Below are positions 1 to 12,960 of a stretch of 64,000 nucleotides of DNA, piece after piece. The stretch is from positions 48,856,001 through 48,920,000 of the forward strand of contig NC_134475.1 in assembly GCF_964194025.1 (NCBI RefSeq), written 5' to 3'. The position numbers were made by a program, and so were the translations under genes. Origin of the DNA: Convolutriloba macropyga (Eukaryota). How positions within the stretch are numbered: position 1 is the first letter of the stretch; each line of letters begins with the position of its first letter. Below the pieces are notes generated by a model. The model was not told the origin of the DNA and did not search any database. It saw only the letters and a list, made by a program, of their open reading frames with translations.

Positions 1-1008
1 GATTGGGAAACTAATTGATTCGACTACAAAAATATAATAAACGAAAACAAAATATAAGAAGTCCATAAAATTTTAGGAAAGTCTTTGGTCAAAGCCAAAA
101 AAACCGTGAGCTTAACTCTGAAAACAAAACATATTAGTTGGTCCTCATTTTTGTAAACAATATCTGTCCATAATTAAGCCTTGATTTGAAACTCTTGTCA
201 GTAATGAACATTAAAACTATAATTGCAGTAAAATATTGAAAAATAGGCCGCGCCCATCAAAATCTTAAGAAATTTTCATTGTAAGGATCAATTGTGATAT
301 CAAGATCAGCCCTGATGTTTTCGCGCGTCTGAGAAACTAATCAATTGTTTAAAAGATCAGTTTGTGAACGAAATTTTTCTGTATATCAAAAAAAATGATT
401 CATTTTGTATAATCTTCGCGTTTAGTTTTGCAAGAAACTAGAAAAACTTTAATTCCAGAAGACTCTTAAAGCCAGTGGTAGTACAACCAGCTCATATTTG
501 AGCTCATTGAGAACATTTCCGGAGGATATAGTCGTCTACTTCCAGCTATTTTAAAGAGAGGGGGCTAAGAAAGCATATTTGGTCCCATTTTTGACGAAAA
601 AAGTGTGAATATCCAAAATTTAGCTTACATTTTAGCCAAAAAACTCGGCTAGAACAATTCAGCAACCCTCCTCTTTTGTTAAAGATAAATCCGGCATCAC
701 TACTGTTAACAGTTTCGACATATTTTAGCAAAATTGCCAAACATTGGGACAAAAATTACGGAAAGTTTGAACGAAAGCAACGTAATTCGGCTGAATGTTC
801 ACAAAATTTAAAATCTCGATGACTCCCTGTAAAAAGCGAAATTTTAAAAAATTCTATTTTGAATTGCATATTCTACGCCTTGCGGGCTTTCTAATGATAC
901 TGGTCGCAACTTTGTACGATGATTATATCGATCGGCCAAAATTGACTGAACACAAAAACCCATTTGAGTATATAGTTCCTCCCCCACAAGAAGTGGGTCG
1001 GAACAATT
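1..1008 (-). mobile_element. Partial copy of Helentron/HINE-like non-autonomous element (family 2), truncated by window start
   Basis: Collinear with 19440-20409 (shared blocks CGCGCCCAT, ATCAGCCCTGAT, GGTCCCATTTT, TACGATGATTATATCG). Ends in GTTCCTCCCCCAC-AAGAA-GTGGGTCGGAACAA, a subterminal repeat with a nearby inverted repeat. Confidence 0.6.
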
Positions 1009-1740
1009 AATTACTGATCACAGACTCAAAACTGAATCTTGTAGCAATTAAAACTGAAAAACTGATTTCTAAAAACAGCGAAAAATATCGTACCGAACAA
1101 GAACTGCTGTGAAAAGATACAGCAACTTAACCAATTCATGCTATATCAAATAATTGTTCCAACCACACCTATGGAACAGAGTTAAGGGTAATTACCCGGC
1201 AAAGTCCAAAGTTTCCACGTAATTAAAAGCATTCATGAATTTAAAAAATACATGGAATAGTTAACGCATTTGCCAATGAGCAGGTTTGAGCTCCTGCCTG
1301 CTCCTAAAAGTGTCGGATATTATAATTTCTCCCTCAAATTTTTTCGAGGGGTTAATTAACAACAAATCGATAGAAGCAATCTTTTAGCATAATCGCTTTA
1401 CGGAAATCGCTTCACCATGTGCAGCTCAAGGCATAATTATAGTGTTTATGGCCCATGATGCCTGAGTGTGAATACCGAACAGGAAATACGTTTTGTTATA
1501 TTTCAAAAATTTTTGCTGCCCAAATAATGGGGAGGGGGGTTTTGAAAAAATTGCAGCCAAGGAAAGGGGCAAATTTTAGAGGTCCGTTTTTACTAGTTGA
1601 ATGAGCAGGGAGATCAAACACAAGAAATCATCAAGCTCAAGAAAATATTATCAGCTGTCTTAAGGAGGAATAGAAGTTAAAAGAGGGAGGAATAGAGACA
1701 CTAACGAATACAGACTTTCAGCTTGCTAATGAGGGTTTGT

Positions 1741-1798
1741 TTTATAGAAAAACTTTATAGAAAAACTTTATAGAAAAACTTTATAGAAAAATTTTATA
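1741..1798. repeat. 13-bp minisatellite (TTTATAGAAAAAC)x~4.4
   Basis: Read directly from sequence. Confidence 0.9.
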
Positions 1799-2984
1799 CC
1801 GCGCACACTTGAAATTATACCACGTAGTGCAGCAGGTCCAAGACTTTTTAATAATAATTATAAAAAAACGATCGTGATTTTTATATTCGGTAATACAGCA
1901 TTACTACGAGCAAAAAAGCTGATTTAGACGAAAAATAACGTAAGCAGGCCAACGATATAGCTTCTTTTATGTAATTTAAGGAGGCTAAGTAATTTGAGTC
2001 TAAACCGCGCAAAAATGGACCATCACAACATGATGTTATGTCTTCTCATCAGCTTCAGTGAGTTTGTAGACTTAGAGACTAGAAAGGTTCGAAGAGTAAA
2101 GATCAGCAAAATAATGCCCTCCAGGATTTCACGTTCTATCCTATTTTTGAGCAAGAAATTTGAAATTGTCAGACAAAAAAATCCAGACGAAAAATTGGTA
2201 CGATGAAAACTTGGATAAAGTTTACTTAGAGCACAAATATAATTGCTAAATAGTTCGTTTGAGAGCACATAATGAGCTCGACTAATGAGCTCTAAGGAGA
2301 TATAATTTAGCAGACAAAAGCTGGTACAAAAACTTGCAAAAAACCTACAGCACTAAAATAATTGCTATAAAGTTTATTTAGGAGCAACTAATGAGCTCTG
2401 ATACTGAGATCTAGCAAGCTCTAAACTAGCAGACAACAACTGATACTACGCAAACTGGGATCAAAAACACCTACAGCACTTCTATCATAGCAATAGATTT
2501 TGTTTAAAATCAACTAGTGGTCTCGACTATGAAGCTATAATGTGCTCTAAACTAGCAGGCAAAAACTGGTACTACAAAACTCCATGAAAACTACAGCACC
2601 AAACTGATTAATACAAAGTTCGAAAAGTTCGTTTGAAAGCAACTAATGAACTCTGAAGGAAACAAAACTGCCTTAGCGGAGGAAAAACAATTGCAGACGT
2701 ATAGTCGAATTGTCTGCCCCCCCCCCTCCCCCCCAAAAAAAAACAAATTATGAAAGGAAAGTAAATAAAAACTTGGCCAAAAAAATTGATGAATTAAACA
2801 GCCGACTTGTTTTTTTAATTTTCCGAAAATTTTTGTACCAGCCTGTTAGTACCACGATATAACTTTAAAACTTAAACTTCTTTTTTTAATAATTAATTGG
2901 CCTTCACGGAGAGCCCGGAAACAAACAGGCAAAATTCAGGTAAACTTGACGAAACCACTAGTCGCGGATGAACTTTTTATTACA

Positions 2985-3468
2985 AATTATGTAACAAAAC
3001 TAATATCTACTCTAGATGCATCTCATTTAACTTCTTTGAATCTTGATCAATATTCTATTGAGGAGAGACGTTTGTTATCAGATATAATTTTGACATTTTC
3101 AGACAATTATGTAACAAAACTAATATCTACTCTAGATGCATCTGATTTAACTTCTTTGAATCTTGATCAAAATTCTATTGAGGAGAGACGTTTGATATCA
3201 GATATAATTTTGACATTTTCAGACAATTATGTAACAAAACTAATATCTACTCTAGATGCATCTCATTTAACTTCTTTGAATCTTGATCAAAATTCTATTG
3301 AGGAGAGACGTTTGTTATCAGATATAATTTTGACATTTTCAGACACTTATGTAACAAAACTAATATCTACTCTAGATGCATCTCATTTAACTTCTTTGAA
3401 ATCTTGATCAAAATTCTATTGAGGAGAGACGTTTGATATCAGATATAATTTTGACACTTTCAGACAAT
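2985..3468 (+). repeat. 120-bp tandem repeat, 4 near-identical copies
   Basis: AATTATGTAACAAAACTAATATCTACTCTAGATGCATC... recurs every 120 nt. It produces the 40-aa repeat in ORF 2946-3407; a 1-nt insertion in copy 4 breaks the frame. Confidence 0.95.
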
Positions 3469-3566
3469 TGCTTACTGATTTGTCGGTGTCAGATACAAAT
3501 TATTACATGACTGAATATCAAGGTCTGAAACAGATGAGACAGTTATTTGGAGGCACAGCGGCTTAC

Positions 3567-4186
3567 TGTTAGAATATCGACCAAACTATAGTCTTAAACT
3601 TAGTGAGAATTAGAAAGAAAGTTTAACTTACCAGAGTAGAAAGACAAAAGCAAATTGATTTTGATCAGAGAATTTTTATAAATGAATCGTCAAGAAATGG
3701 TGCTTAGAACCAATATTCATTTCAAATTGCTGAATCTAGATAACTAATATTAGAGTGAGATTATTTCATGTAAAATCTTCCAAGCATGTATTGAATGACT
3801 ATGATACCGCCGGAAATGTGAATGAATTCTTAGAAGTGTAAATGCATACCAACTATGGTACCCCCTGCGCGTGATTTCTGGGAAATTTGCAGAAGCAAAC
3901 CATATTGGGTAACTCTTGCGACTCCCATTGTAAATCAAGGTGCTAAGATTAGTTTTGTATCTTGACTTTCTCCCACTGATATTGGGTATGTATACAGCTG
4001 ATTTTTGAGCCGTTTTTTATCACCAAAATCAAATCACCATCTTGATCTAATAATCAGATCTCTCCTGTAAATCTCTAAATTCTACTGTAAAATATCATTC
4101 TTGTTATTCTCTCATTTCGCAAAATTAATTTTTCTACTTAGTTAAATACGCTTTTTATTCCGCTTGCGAAAACACATAACCCAACA
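3567..4186 (+). repeat. 5' LTR of copia element (620 bp)
   Basis: TGTTAGAAT...CCCAACA; aligns with 7940-8558 and 10499-11117. Confidence 0.95.
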
Positions 4187-4200
4187 AGTTATGGGCACAG
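4187..4200 (+). promoter_or_regulatory. Primer-binding site, half-tRNA-iMet type
   Basis: AGTTATGGGCACAG immediately after the 5' LTR; two mismatches from GGTTATGGGCCCAG, the Drosophila copia-type PBS complementary to the anticodon region of initiator tRNA-Met. Confidence 0.8.
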
Positions 4201-4318
4201 CAATTTTTTAAGTCATTAAACTGATTTCTAAAACAAAACTAATTTGTTGTTGACAGTCATAATCCTTTTCTACTTGGTGTCTTTTCTTTTCACAACTATT
4301 TTGCCTGCTCAAACTACG

Positions 4319-7300
4319 ATGGATCAAGAGACAGTGAAGGTGAAGCTACTGACCTACACAGGAAAGGCACAGGAATTCCAATCTGGAGCACAAGATTTGT
4401 GGCAATGATGCAGACGAAGGAACTCTAAAAATCACTACTTGGGACACAGGAGCAACCAAACAAGCCTGCACCACTAGACAATGGGGCGAGCAATGATGAA
4501 AAGAAAAACCACAAGGTGCTGAAAGATGCATATGAGAAGGAAGTTGCAGACATCAAGAAGAAACGGAACAATGTGTGGTGCCATCTGGCACTGACTCTAG
4601 ATGCAACAACCCTTATGCTGATGAGACATGACTGTGTGGGAGATGACGGCATCGGAGATGGGGCAAAGGCTTGGAAGCTTTGCAGGAGAGATTTCAGAGT
4701 GTGGAGACGCTGACAGTGATGACTTTGGAGGCACATCTTGCTCGACTGCAGCTCGAGGATGCCAAGGATTTGGATAGCTTCTTCATCAGAGGACAGGAGT
4801 TGCCCACATGGCTACAAGAAGCAGGGGAAGCAGTCTCAGAGACCCTCTTCAACGCCTTGGTCTTCAATGGTCTGCCAATGAGGTATGAAAGTTTTGTTAT
4901 ACAGGAAAGCTTTAACCCGGCAACGACCTTCACAGAGTTGAGGAAAAGGCTGCAGAACTTCCATGAGAACACAGCACAGAGGCACAAGGGACAAAGAGGT
5001 TCAGTGGCACTGGCAGTGAAGCGTGACTTCAAGAAGGGACCCATGAAAGGAAACTGCTTTGTGTGTGTGGGATCCCTGGACAATTTGCCAAGGACTTCAG
5101 GAGGAAGGAGACAGCACTATGCAGCAAGTCTGGTGAGAAAGGTCACCTAGACAAGGCATGCAAGAGACAAAGAGATGGAGGCAAACATGAGTCAGTGGCA
5201 ATGGGTCCAACATTGGCTTCACCAGACGAGGAATACTGGGCAGCTCTTACCCAGTGGAAGACCGCAGGCATGCTAGTGGACAGTGGTTGTACAGATCACA
5301 TAGTGACGAATATCGATGCGTTCCTGGACTTTGTGCCCGTTCAATCAGTGGTCAGAAATCCCAACGGAGAGGCTTCCAGAGTGATGGGCAGAGGCTGTGT
5401 GAGGATCAGCATAACCTCAAACAAAGGGGAATTCCAATGCGAACACAAAAATGTTTTGCGTGTGCCGGACTCTCAAATCTCTTCTTCAAACCTCTTATCA
5501 GTCTCAATATGCACGGAGTGGGGACATAGCTTCACTTTCGAGAAAGGCAATAGCTGCATGACACTCTAGAAGGAAACTCGGGTAAAACTAACACAAGAAA
5601 ACAATTTGTTTTACTTACCCTGCAGCGTTCTAGAATTCAAGATGAGTTCCAACAGCGTGAAACTTGACAGTGCAAGGAAGTGGCACAGACCATTGGGTCA
5701 TTTGAATCAAACGGATGTAGTCAGGAATGCACCAGAGACAGTGGGGGAACTCGATGATGTATGCAATGTGTGCGCATTGGCCAAGATCACAAATACTCCA
5801 GTACCAAGAATGGCAGAGACCCAAGCAGAAGAGAAGCTGGAGAGGGTGTTCACAGACGTGATGGGACCTTTCAGAGTAGAGTCACTGTCAGGGTTGCGGT
5901 TGTGCATTGTGTTTGGAGACCAGTACACGAAGTTTGTGCTTGTGGACTTGCTTAAGGCAAAGAGTGAAGCACTGGCCAGCCTGAAGAAGTTTGTTCTCAG
6001 TGTGCGGACGCCCAAGAAGCCGAAACAAGTCAAGACGATGGCAACAAAGAGGAGCAAGGCACATCTACTGCAATCAAGGAGGAGTGACATGACGCAGAGA
6101 GCGTGAACACTCCAGAAACGACACAGACGAGATGCCTCAGATGTTGAGGAAGCAGCACTGGATAAAGAATCTACCGCAACAAGAGGGAGTGACAGAGACT
6201 CGGAGTCACTGGAAGACAGTGAAACGGAGGACTTCTCACAGTCAGAGACAGTTGGCTTCTTTGAAGAGGCACTGGATCAAGCGGACAGATGAGAGACAGG
6301 AGCAAGGAATGTTCCGTAATTTTCTGTAGAAGTCAGGACCCATCTTGCTGTGACTAAGTATGACTATGTGGAACCCAAAACAGTCTATGAAGCCAAGCAT
6401 GGTGACGATTGGGACCAGTGGCACCGGCCAATGAAGGACGAGATCAGGGCTCTCCAAGACAACGAGACTCGGAACCTAGTGAGACCACCCACAGACAGGA
6501 ACGTCAAACCGGGAAAATGGGTCTACAAAGAGAAATTGGGACCCAGTGGTCAAGTGGACAACTACAAAGCACGCTATGTGGCGGAAGGCTTCAAACAGGT
6601 GGAAGGACTGGACTAATTTGAGACTTTTGAGCCTACCTGTAAGCCAGAGACATTCAGGATTCTACTTCAACTATCAGCGAAGCGGGGCCATGTGATGCAC
6701 CAGTTTGATGTCAAGGCGAGTTTCTTGCTCTCACCAATAGAGGAAGAAGTGTATCTGGAATAGCCACAGGATTTTGTAAAACAAGGATCACATGGAGAGA
6801 AGTTAATATGCTGACTTAATAAATGAATTTATGGTTTGAAACAGGCTGCTAACAACTGGTTTAAGGAACTGGCAAACTTCCTACTGAGACAGGGGTTCAC
6901 CAGAAGCAGGAATGACCATTGCCTGTTCGCAAGAGCAGAGACAGAGGGTCACACCTTCATATTGGTCTGGGTTGACGACACCATAGTGGCATCATGAAGC
7001 ATGACAGTGATCTCCGATGTCAAAAAAGCACTCAAAGCAACATTTCACATGGAAGACAGAGGGAGAATACACTGGTTTCTGGGTCTAAGAATCAGACAAG
7101 AAGAGGGCAAAGTCACAGTCGACCAAGAACGCTACATAGAAACAATGCTCGAGCGGTTTTCAAATGGAATAATGCAAACCCTCAAGAATTCCAGCTGATT
7201 TGAATTTGAAACTTCAGACAGCACAAAACGGAGACGAAGAAGCGGACCAGAGGATCTACAGAAGCTTGGTTGGATCACTTCTGTATCTGGCCAAACAGAC

Positions 7301-7939
7301 GAGGCCAGATATCATGTTCACAGTCAACATTCTGTCCAGACACATGAATACACCTAACAATCAACACTGGATGTGCAGAAAAAGACTTCTGCGATGTCTT
7401 CAAGGTACAAAAGGTTTAAAACTTACTTACACGAAAGAAGCTAGTTATGATTTATGGGGGGAAAGTGATGCAGACTGGTCTGGTGACGTGAAAGACAGAA
7501 AACCAAAGACGGGCTACTACTTCAAGCTCCACGCAAGTGACGCAGCACTCAGCTGGGGTGTCAAGAAGCAGGCCACAGTTGCTCTTTCTTCATCAGAAGC
7601 AGAATATCAGGGCATGGCAGCAGCAGTTCAAGAAGCATTGTATCTGAAACAACTTCTGGAGGATTTCGGCATCCAACAGAAACATCCAAAAGCAATTGGA
7701 GGGGACAACCAGAGTTGTAATGAATTGTGCCAAAACCCAGTCATGCACAAGAGGAGCAAACACATTGAGACTAAATTTCACTTCATTCGGGAAGATGGGA
7801 CTATCTCAATTCATTACGTTCCTACTGACAAAATGGCAGCCGACATCTTCACGAAATCTTTACCCGTATCGAAGGTTGAAACATTCAGAGCTGCTTTGAT
7901 GGGAACAGACTCTACGCAATCAGCAAGTCTGAGTGGGGG
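4319..7939 (+). pseudogene. Disrupted copia gag-pol polyprotein
   Basis: Two degenerate zinc knuckles (CFVCGIPGQFAKD, CSKSGEKGHLDKAC), protease LVDSGCTDH, pre-integrase WHRPLGHLN...CNVC, integrase N-half (VFTDVMGP), RT (YKARYVAEGFKQVEGLD, LVWVDD), RNase H (DADWSGD, SSSEAEY, KRSKHI, ADIFTK). Split over several frames. Confidence 0.93.
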
Positions 7940-8558
7940 TGTTAGAACATCGATCAAACTAAAGACTTAAACTTAGTGAGAATTAGAACGTTTAACTTAC
8001 CAGATTAGAAAGGCAGAAGCAAATTTATTTTGATAAGAGAATTTATATAAATGAATCGTCCAGAAATGGTGCTTAGAATCAAAATTCGTTTCAATTTGGT
8101 GAATCTAGATAACTAATATTAGAGTGAGATTATTTCATGTAAAATCTTCCCACCATGTATTGATTGATTATGATACCGCCGGAAATGTGAACGAATTCTT
8201 AGAAAAGTGTAAATGCATACCAACTATAGTACCCCCTGCGACTGATTTCCGGGAAATTTGCAAAAGCAAACCATATTGGGTAACGCTTGCGACCCCCACT
8301 GTAAATCATGGTGCTAAGATTAGTTTTATATCTTGACTTTCTCGCACTGATAATGGGTATATATACAGCTGATTTTCGAGCCTTTTTTCATCACCAAAAC
8401 CAAATCATCATCTTGATCTGATAATCAGATCTCTCCTGTAAATATCTAAAATCTTCTGTAAAATATCATTCTTGTTATTCTCTCACTTCGAGAAATTAAT
8501 TTTTCTACTTAGTTAAAAAACGCTTTTTGTTCCGCTTGCGAAAACTCATAACCCAACA
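7940..8558 (+). repeat. 3' LTR of copia element (619 bp)
   Basis: Preceded by the PPT, followed by TSD CTTAC. Confidence 0.95.
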
Positions 8559-10498
8559 CTTACGATTTGTTTTGAAGTCCCCTAGTGCCGTTTTCAACAA
8601 TCTTATAATGCCACAGTTTTTTATGTTTCACAACACCATTTATTTGTTGAAGTTCAACAAATAAATGAAGATGACAAACATAAAAAAACTGTGATAAATT
8701 GTTGAAAACGGTACTACGGGACTCCAAAACACATCGTAAGCCACTGTGACTCCAATTAACTGCCTCATCTATTTCAGACATTGCATAAATTCTATTAAAA
8801 TAAAACAAAGCATATGACGTCGTCAGTTTGTATGTACTCTGAGAGAAGAAGGCGCCAATAAGATCTTCTACAAAAAACACAAGCTTGATTATTATAAACT
8901 GATTTTACAAACGGGACGAAAAAAAATCTAAGCTTGAGCAAATCTTTCTGAGCAACCTTCCCCCTCAACCATCGTTGCGCTTCCTATTCCCAGGGGGGTC
9001 AGAGTTCATACCCCTTATTATTATCAAAAAGTTAAATTTACTAACCGAAACGTTCTTAGACCAAATTAATCATTCTAAAAACTCCCAACAACTAAACAAC
9101 AATCCACTATTCAATACTCAAAAGTTGAATTTAAATTTGAAATTTAATGAGCCGATTTAATTTTCGTCTCACAACGGTGGCTTCTTTGATCCAAATATGG
9201 AAAGCTCAAGAGAAAAACTTTTTCTCCGATACTTCTACAAGACTGACATTAAATATTCATAACTTGAATAGACGATACATAGTGCGGGGAGCTAATTATC
9301 TCGATACACTCAATACACTTCACTACTCAATTCATTTCACTACTCACAACAGTCCATAAAAATTCGGTTGTTTTTTTCTGCTCTGAATGATAAGTTAATG
9401 CGTTCAACTACAAAGAATCAATTTTATGGCATGCCGATAAAAAGCAGTCTGACCTGCAAGACAATTTCAGAAGCAAGTGCGTGAACTGCAAAAAAATCTA
9501 AAATCTAAAAAAATTCCGATTTTGGGCAACTTTCTTGTGAATTACCGTAGACAGCTTTTTAATTATTGACAGCAGCTCTAGAGAAAAGAATCGCAAAACG
9601 AAAATGCCATGAAAAGCGGAAGAAGTTGTTACTATTAGCAACTGCCTACTTCGTGCATCAAGCATGGGGGAAAGGCTTCAGAAGCAGCACAAAAAATTGA
9701 TGAGGAGAACACCTGAAAACTGACAACTTGGTTGAGAAATGGAATGAACTGCTTTGTTATTTTTAAATTTTTGATCTGTTGAGGTGATGAACATAGCTAT
9801 GATGAAGAAGATAATTGCAATCTTAATTTTCCCCAGAAAAAATACAATAGAAGGTTAAAATACAGTGAATGGAAGTACAGGTATAATGATAGAGAAAAAT
9901 TGAAAACGTGAAGAATTGAGATCGAAAATAAAGTGGTAATAAAAGTAAAAGAAAGATCAAGATTTTAATTTTCAACGCAAAATAAATTACACAATCCAGT
10001 AACATTCGGCTCATGAGAACCATTCAATTGGTTTCGAGTGATATCTGATGACAAGAACATTGAACAAAATGAAAAAAAACCTAAGTGAACTATTTTTTCT
10101 TAGTCCTCCCAAAATTGATTAGAAAAGAAACCTTACGAGTCGGTGCCCTTAATTTTATTTAAAACTACGCTTTTTTTTAAGTTTGGATATAGAAGACAAA
10201 AAAATGTAGAAGTACCTATTAGTATAATCGTTCCTTTTTCGCGATATCCCAAGCTGTAATGCCCCTTTTATATGTATTAAGATATATTTTGTTATGTTAA
10301 ATTACAGGGACCAAAACATTCTCTTTATCTGGTAGGGCCGCTGGCTCCTGAAGAATGCATTCGTTTACCTCTAAAAAGAAATCTGGCCCTTACCATAGAC
10401 TTTGACTCATTCTCCATCTGGGAACTCCTCTTGTGTACATCCTGCTGAAGTGTCTGGTACTCCAAAGCCCTCACCTCTAGTGCGTGTTTGAGTGGGGG

Positions 10499-11117
10499 TG
10501 TTAGAACATCGATCAAACTAAAGACTTAAACTTAGTGAGAATTAGAACTTTTAACTTACCAGATTAGAAAGGCAGAAGCAAATTTATTTTGATAAGAGAA
10601 TTTATATAAATGAATCGTCCAGAAATGGTGCTTAGAATCAAAATTCGTTTCAATTTGGTGAATCTAGATAACTAATATTAGAGTGAGATTATTTCATGTA
10701 AAATCTTCCCACCATGTATTGATTGATTGTGATACCGCCGGAAATGTGAACGAATTCTTAGAAAAGTGTAAATGCATACCAACTATAGTACCCCCTGCGA
10801 CTGATTTCTGGGAAATTTGCAAAAGCAAACCATATTGGGTAACGCTTGCGACCCCCACTGTAAATCATGGTGCTAAGATTAGTTTTGTATCTTGACTTTC
10901 TCGCACTGATAATGGGTATATATACAGCTGATTTTTGAGCCTTTTTTCATCCCCAAAACCAAATCATCATCTTGATCTGATAATCAGATCTCTCCTGTAA
11001 ATATCTAAATTCTTCTGTAAAATATCATTCTTGTTATTCTCTCACTTCGAGAAATTAATTTTTCTACTTAGTTAAAAAACGCTTTTTATTCCGCTTGCGA
11101 AAACTCATAACCCAACA
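10499..11117 (+). repeat. Third LTR copy created by the duplication
   Basis: Preceded by PPT GAGTGGGGG, followed by CTTAC; near-identical to 7940-8558. Confidence 0.95.
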
Positions 11118-12960
11118 CTTACGATTTGTTTTGAAGTCCCCTAGTGCCGTTTTCAACAATCTTATAATGCCACAGTTTTTTATGTTTCACAACACCATTT
11201 ATTTGTTGAAGTTCAACAAATAAATGAAGATGACAAACCTAAAAAAACTGTGATAAATTGTTGAAAACGGTACTACGGGACTCCAAAACACATCGTAAGC
11301 CACTGTGACTCCAATTAACTGCCTCATCTATTTCAGACATTGCATAAATTCTATTAAAATAAAACAAAGCATATGACGTCGTCAGTTTGTATGTACTCTG
11401 AGAGAAGAAGGCGCCAATAAGATCTTCTATAAAAAACACAAGCTTGATTATTTTAAACTGATTTTACAAACAGGACGAAAAAAAATCTAAGCTTGAGCAA
11501 ATCTTTCTGAGCAACCTTCCCCCTCAACCATCGTTGCGCTTCCTATTCCCAGGGGGGTCAGAGTTCATACCCCTTATTATTATCAAAAAGTTAAATTTAC
11601 TAACCGAAACGTTCTTAGACCAAATTAATCATTCTAAAAACTCCCAACAACTAAACAACAATCCACTATTCAATACTCAAAAGTTGAACTTAAATTTGAA
11701 ATTTAATGAGCCGATTTAATTTTCGTCTCACAACGGTGGCTTCTTTGATCCAAATATGGAAGGCTCAAGAGAAAAACTTTTTCTCCGATACTTCTACAAG
11801 ACTGACATTAAATATTCATAACTTGAATAGACGATACATAGTGCGGGGAGCTAATTATCTCAATACACTCAATACACTTCACTACTCAATTCATTTCACT
11901 ACTCACAACAGTCCATAAAAATTCGGTTGTTTTTTTCTGCTCTGAATGATAAGTTAATGCGTTCAACTACAAAGAATCAATTTTATGGCGTGCCGATAAA
12001 AAGGAGTCTGACCTGCAAGACAATTTCAGAAGGAAGTGCGTGAACTGCAAAAAAATCTAAAATCTAAAAAAATTCCGATTTTGGGCAACTTTCTTGTGAA
12101 TTACCGTAGACAGCTTTTTAATTATTGACAGCAGCTCTAGAGAAAAGAATCGCAAAACGAAAATGCCATGAAAAGCGGAGGAAGTTGTTACTATTAGCAA
12201 CTGCCTACTTCGTGCATCAAGCATGGGGGAAAGGCTTCAGAAGCAGCACGAAAAATTGATGAGGAGAACACCTGAAAACTGAAAACTTGGTTGAGAAATG
12301 GAATGAACTGCTTTGTTATTTTTAAATTTTTGATCTGTTGAGGTGATGAACATAGCTATGATGAAGAAGATAATTGCAATCTTAATTTTCCCCAGAAAAA
12401 ATACAATAGAAGGTTAAAATACAGTGAATGGAAGTACAGGTATAATGATAGAGAAAAATTGAAAACGTGAAGAATTGAGATCGAAAATAAAGTGGTAATA
12501 AAAGTGAAAGAAAGATCAAGATTTTAATTTTCAACGCAAAATAAATTACACAATCCAGTAACATTCGGCTCATGAGAACCATTCAATTGGTTTCGAGTGA
12601 TATCTGATGACAAGAACATTGAACAAAATGAAAAAAAAACCTACGTGAACTATTTTTTCTTAGTCCTCCCAAAATTGATTAGAAAAACCTTACGAGCCGG
12701 TGCCCTTAATTTTATTTAATACTACGCTTTTTTTGAAGTTTGGATATAGAAGACAAAAAAATGTACAAGTACCTGTTAGTATAATCGTTCCTTTTTCGCG
12801 ATATCCCAAGCTGTAAGGCCCCTTTTATATGTATTAAGATATATTTTGTTATGTTAAATTACAGAGGTTAAAATGGACCAAAACATTCTCTTTATCTGGT
12901 AGGGCCGCTGGCTCCTGAAGAATGCATTCGTTTACCTCGAAAAGGAAATCTGGCCCTTAC

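Larger units (their letters stand above)
3567..8558 (+). mobile_element. Ty1/copia LTR retrotransposon, full-length boundaries but decayed (frameshifts, stops, integrase deletion)
   Basis: LTRs 3567-4186 and 7940-8558 (TGTT...AACA); 5-bp TSD CTTAC at 3562-3566 and 8559-8563; PBS 4187-4200; PPT GAGTGGGGG 7931-7939; domain order gag-PR-IN-RT-RH. Confidence 0.97.

Noticed and set aside
2946-3407. 153-aa repeat protein ORF, or CRISPR-like array
   Set aside because: Pure 120-bp tandem repeat without unique spacers; non-ATG start; frameshift in copy 4.
8124-12582. Pairs of identical short ORFs suggesting a duplicated operon
   Set aside because: They are chance ORFs in the LTR and flank copied by the 2.56-kb duplication.
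12892-12960. Read-through tail VRARFPFRGKRMHSSGASGPTR* as the true C-terminus of the coiled-coil gene
   Set aside because: A strong ATG|GTAAGG donor precedes it and composition changes abruptly; more likely intron, though not excluded.
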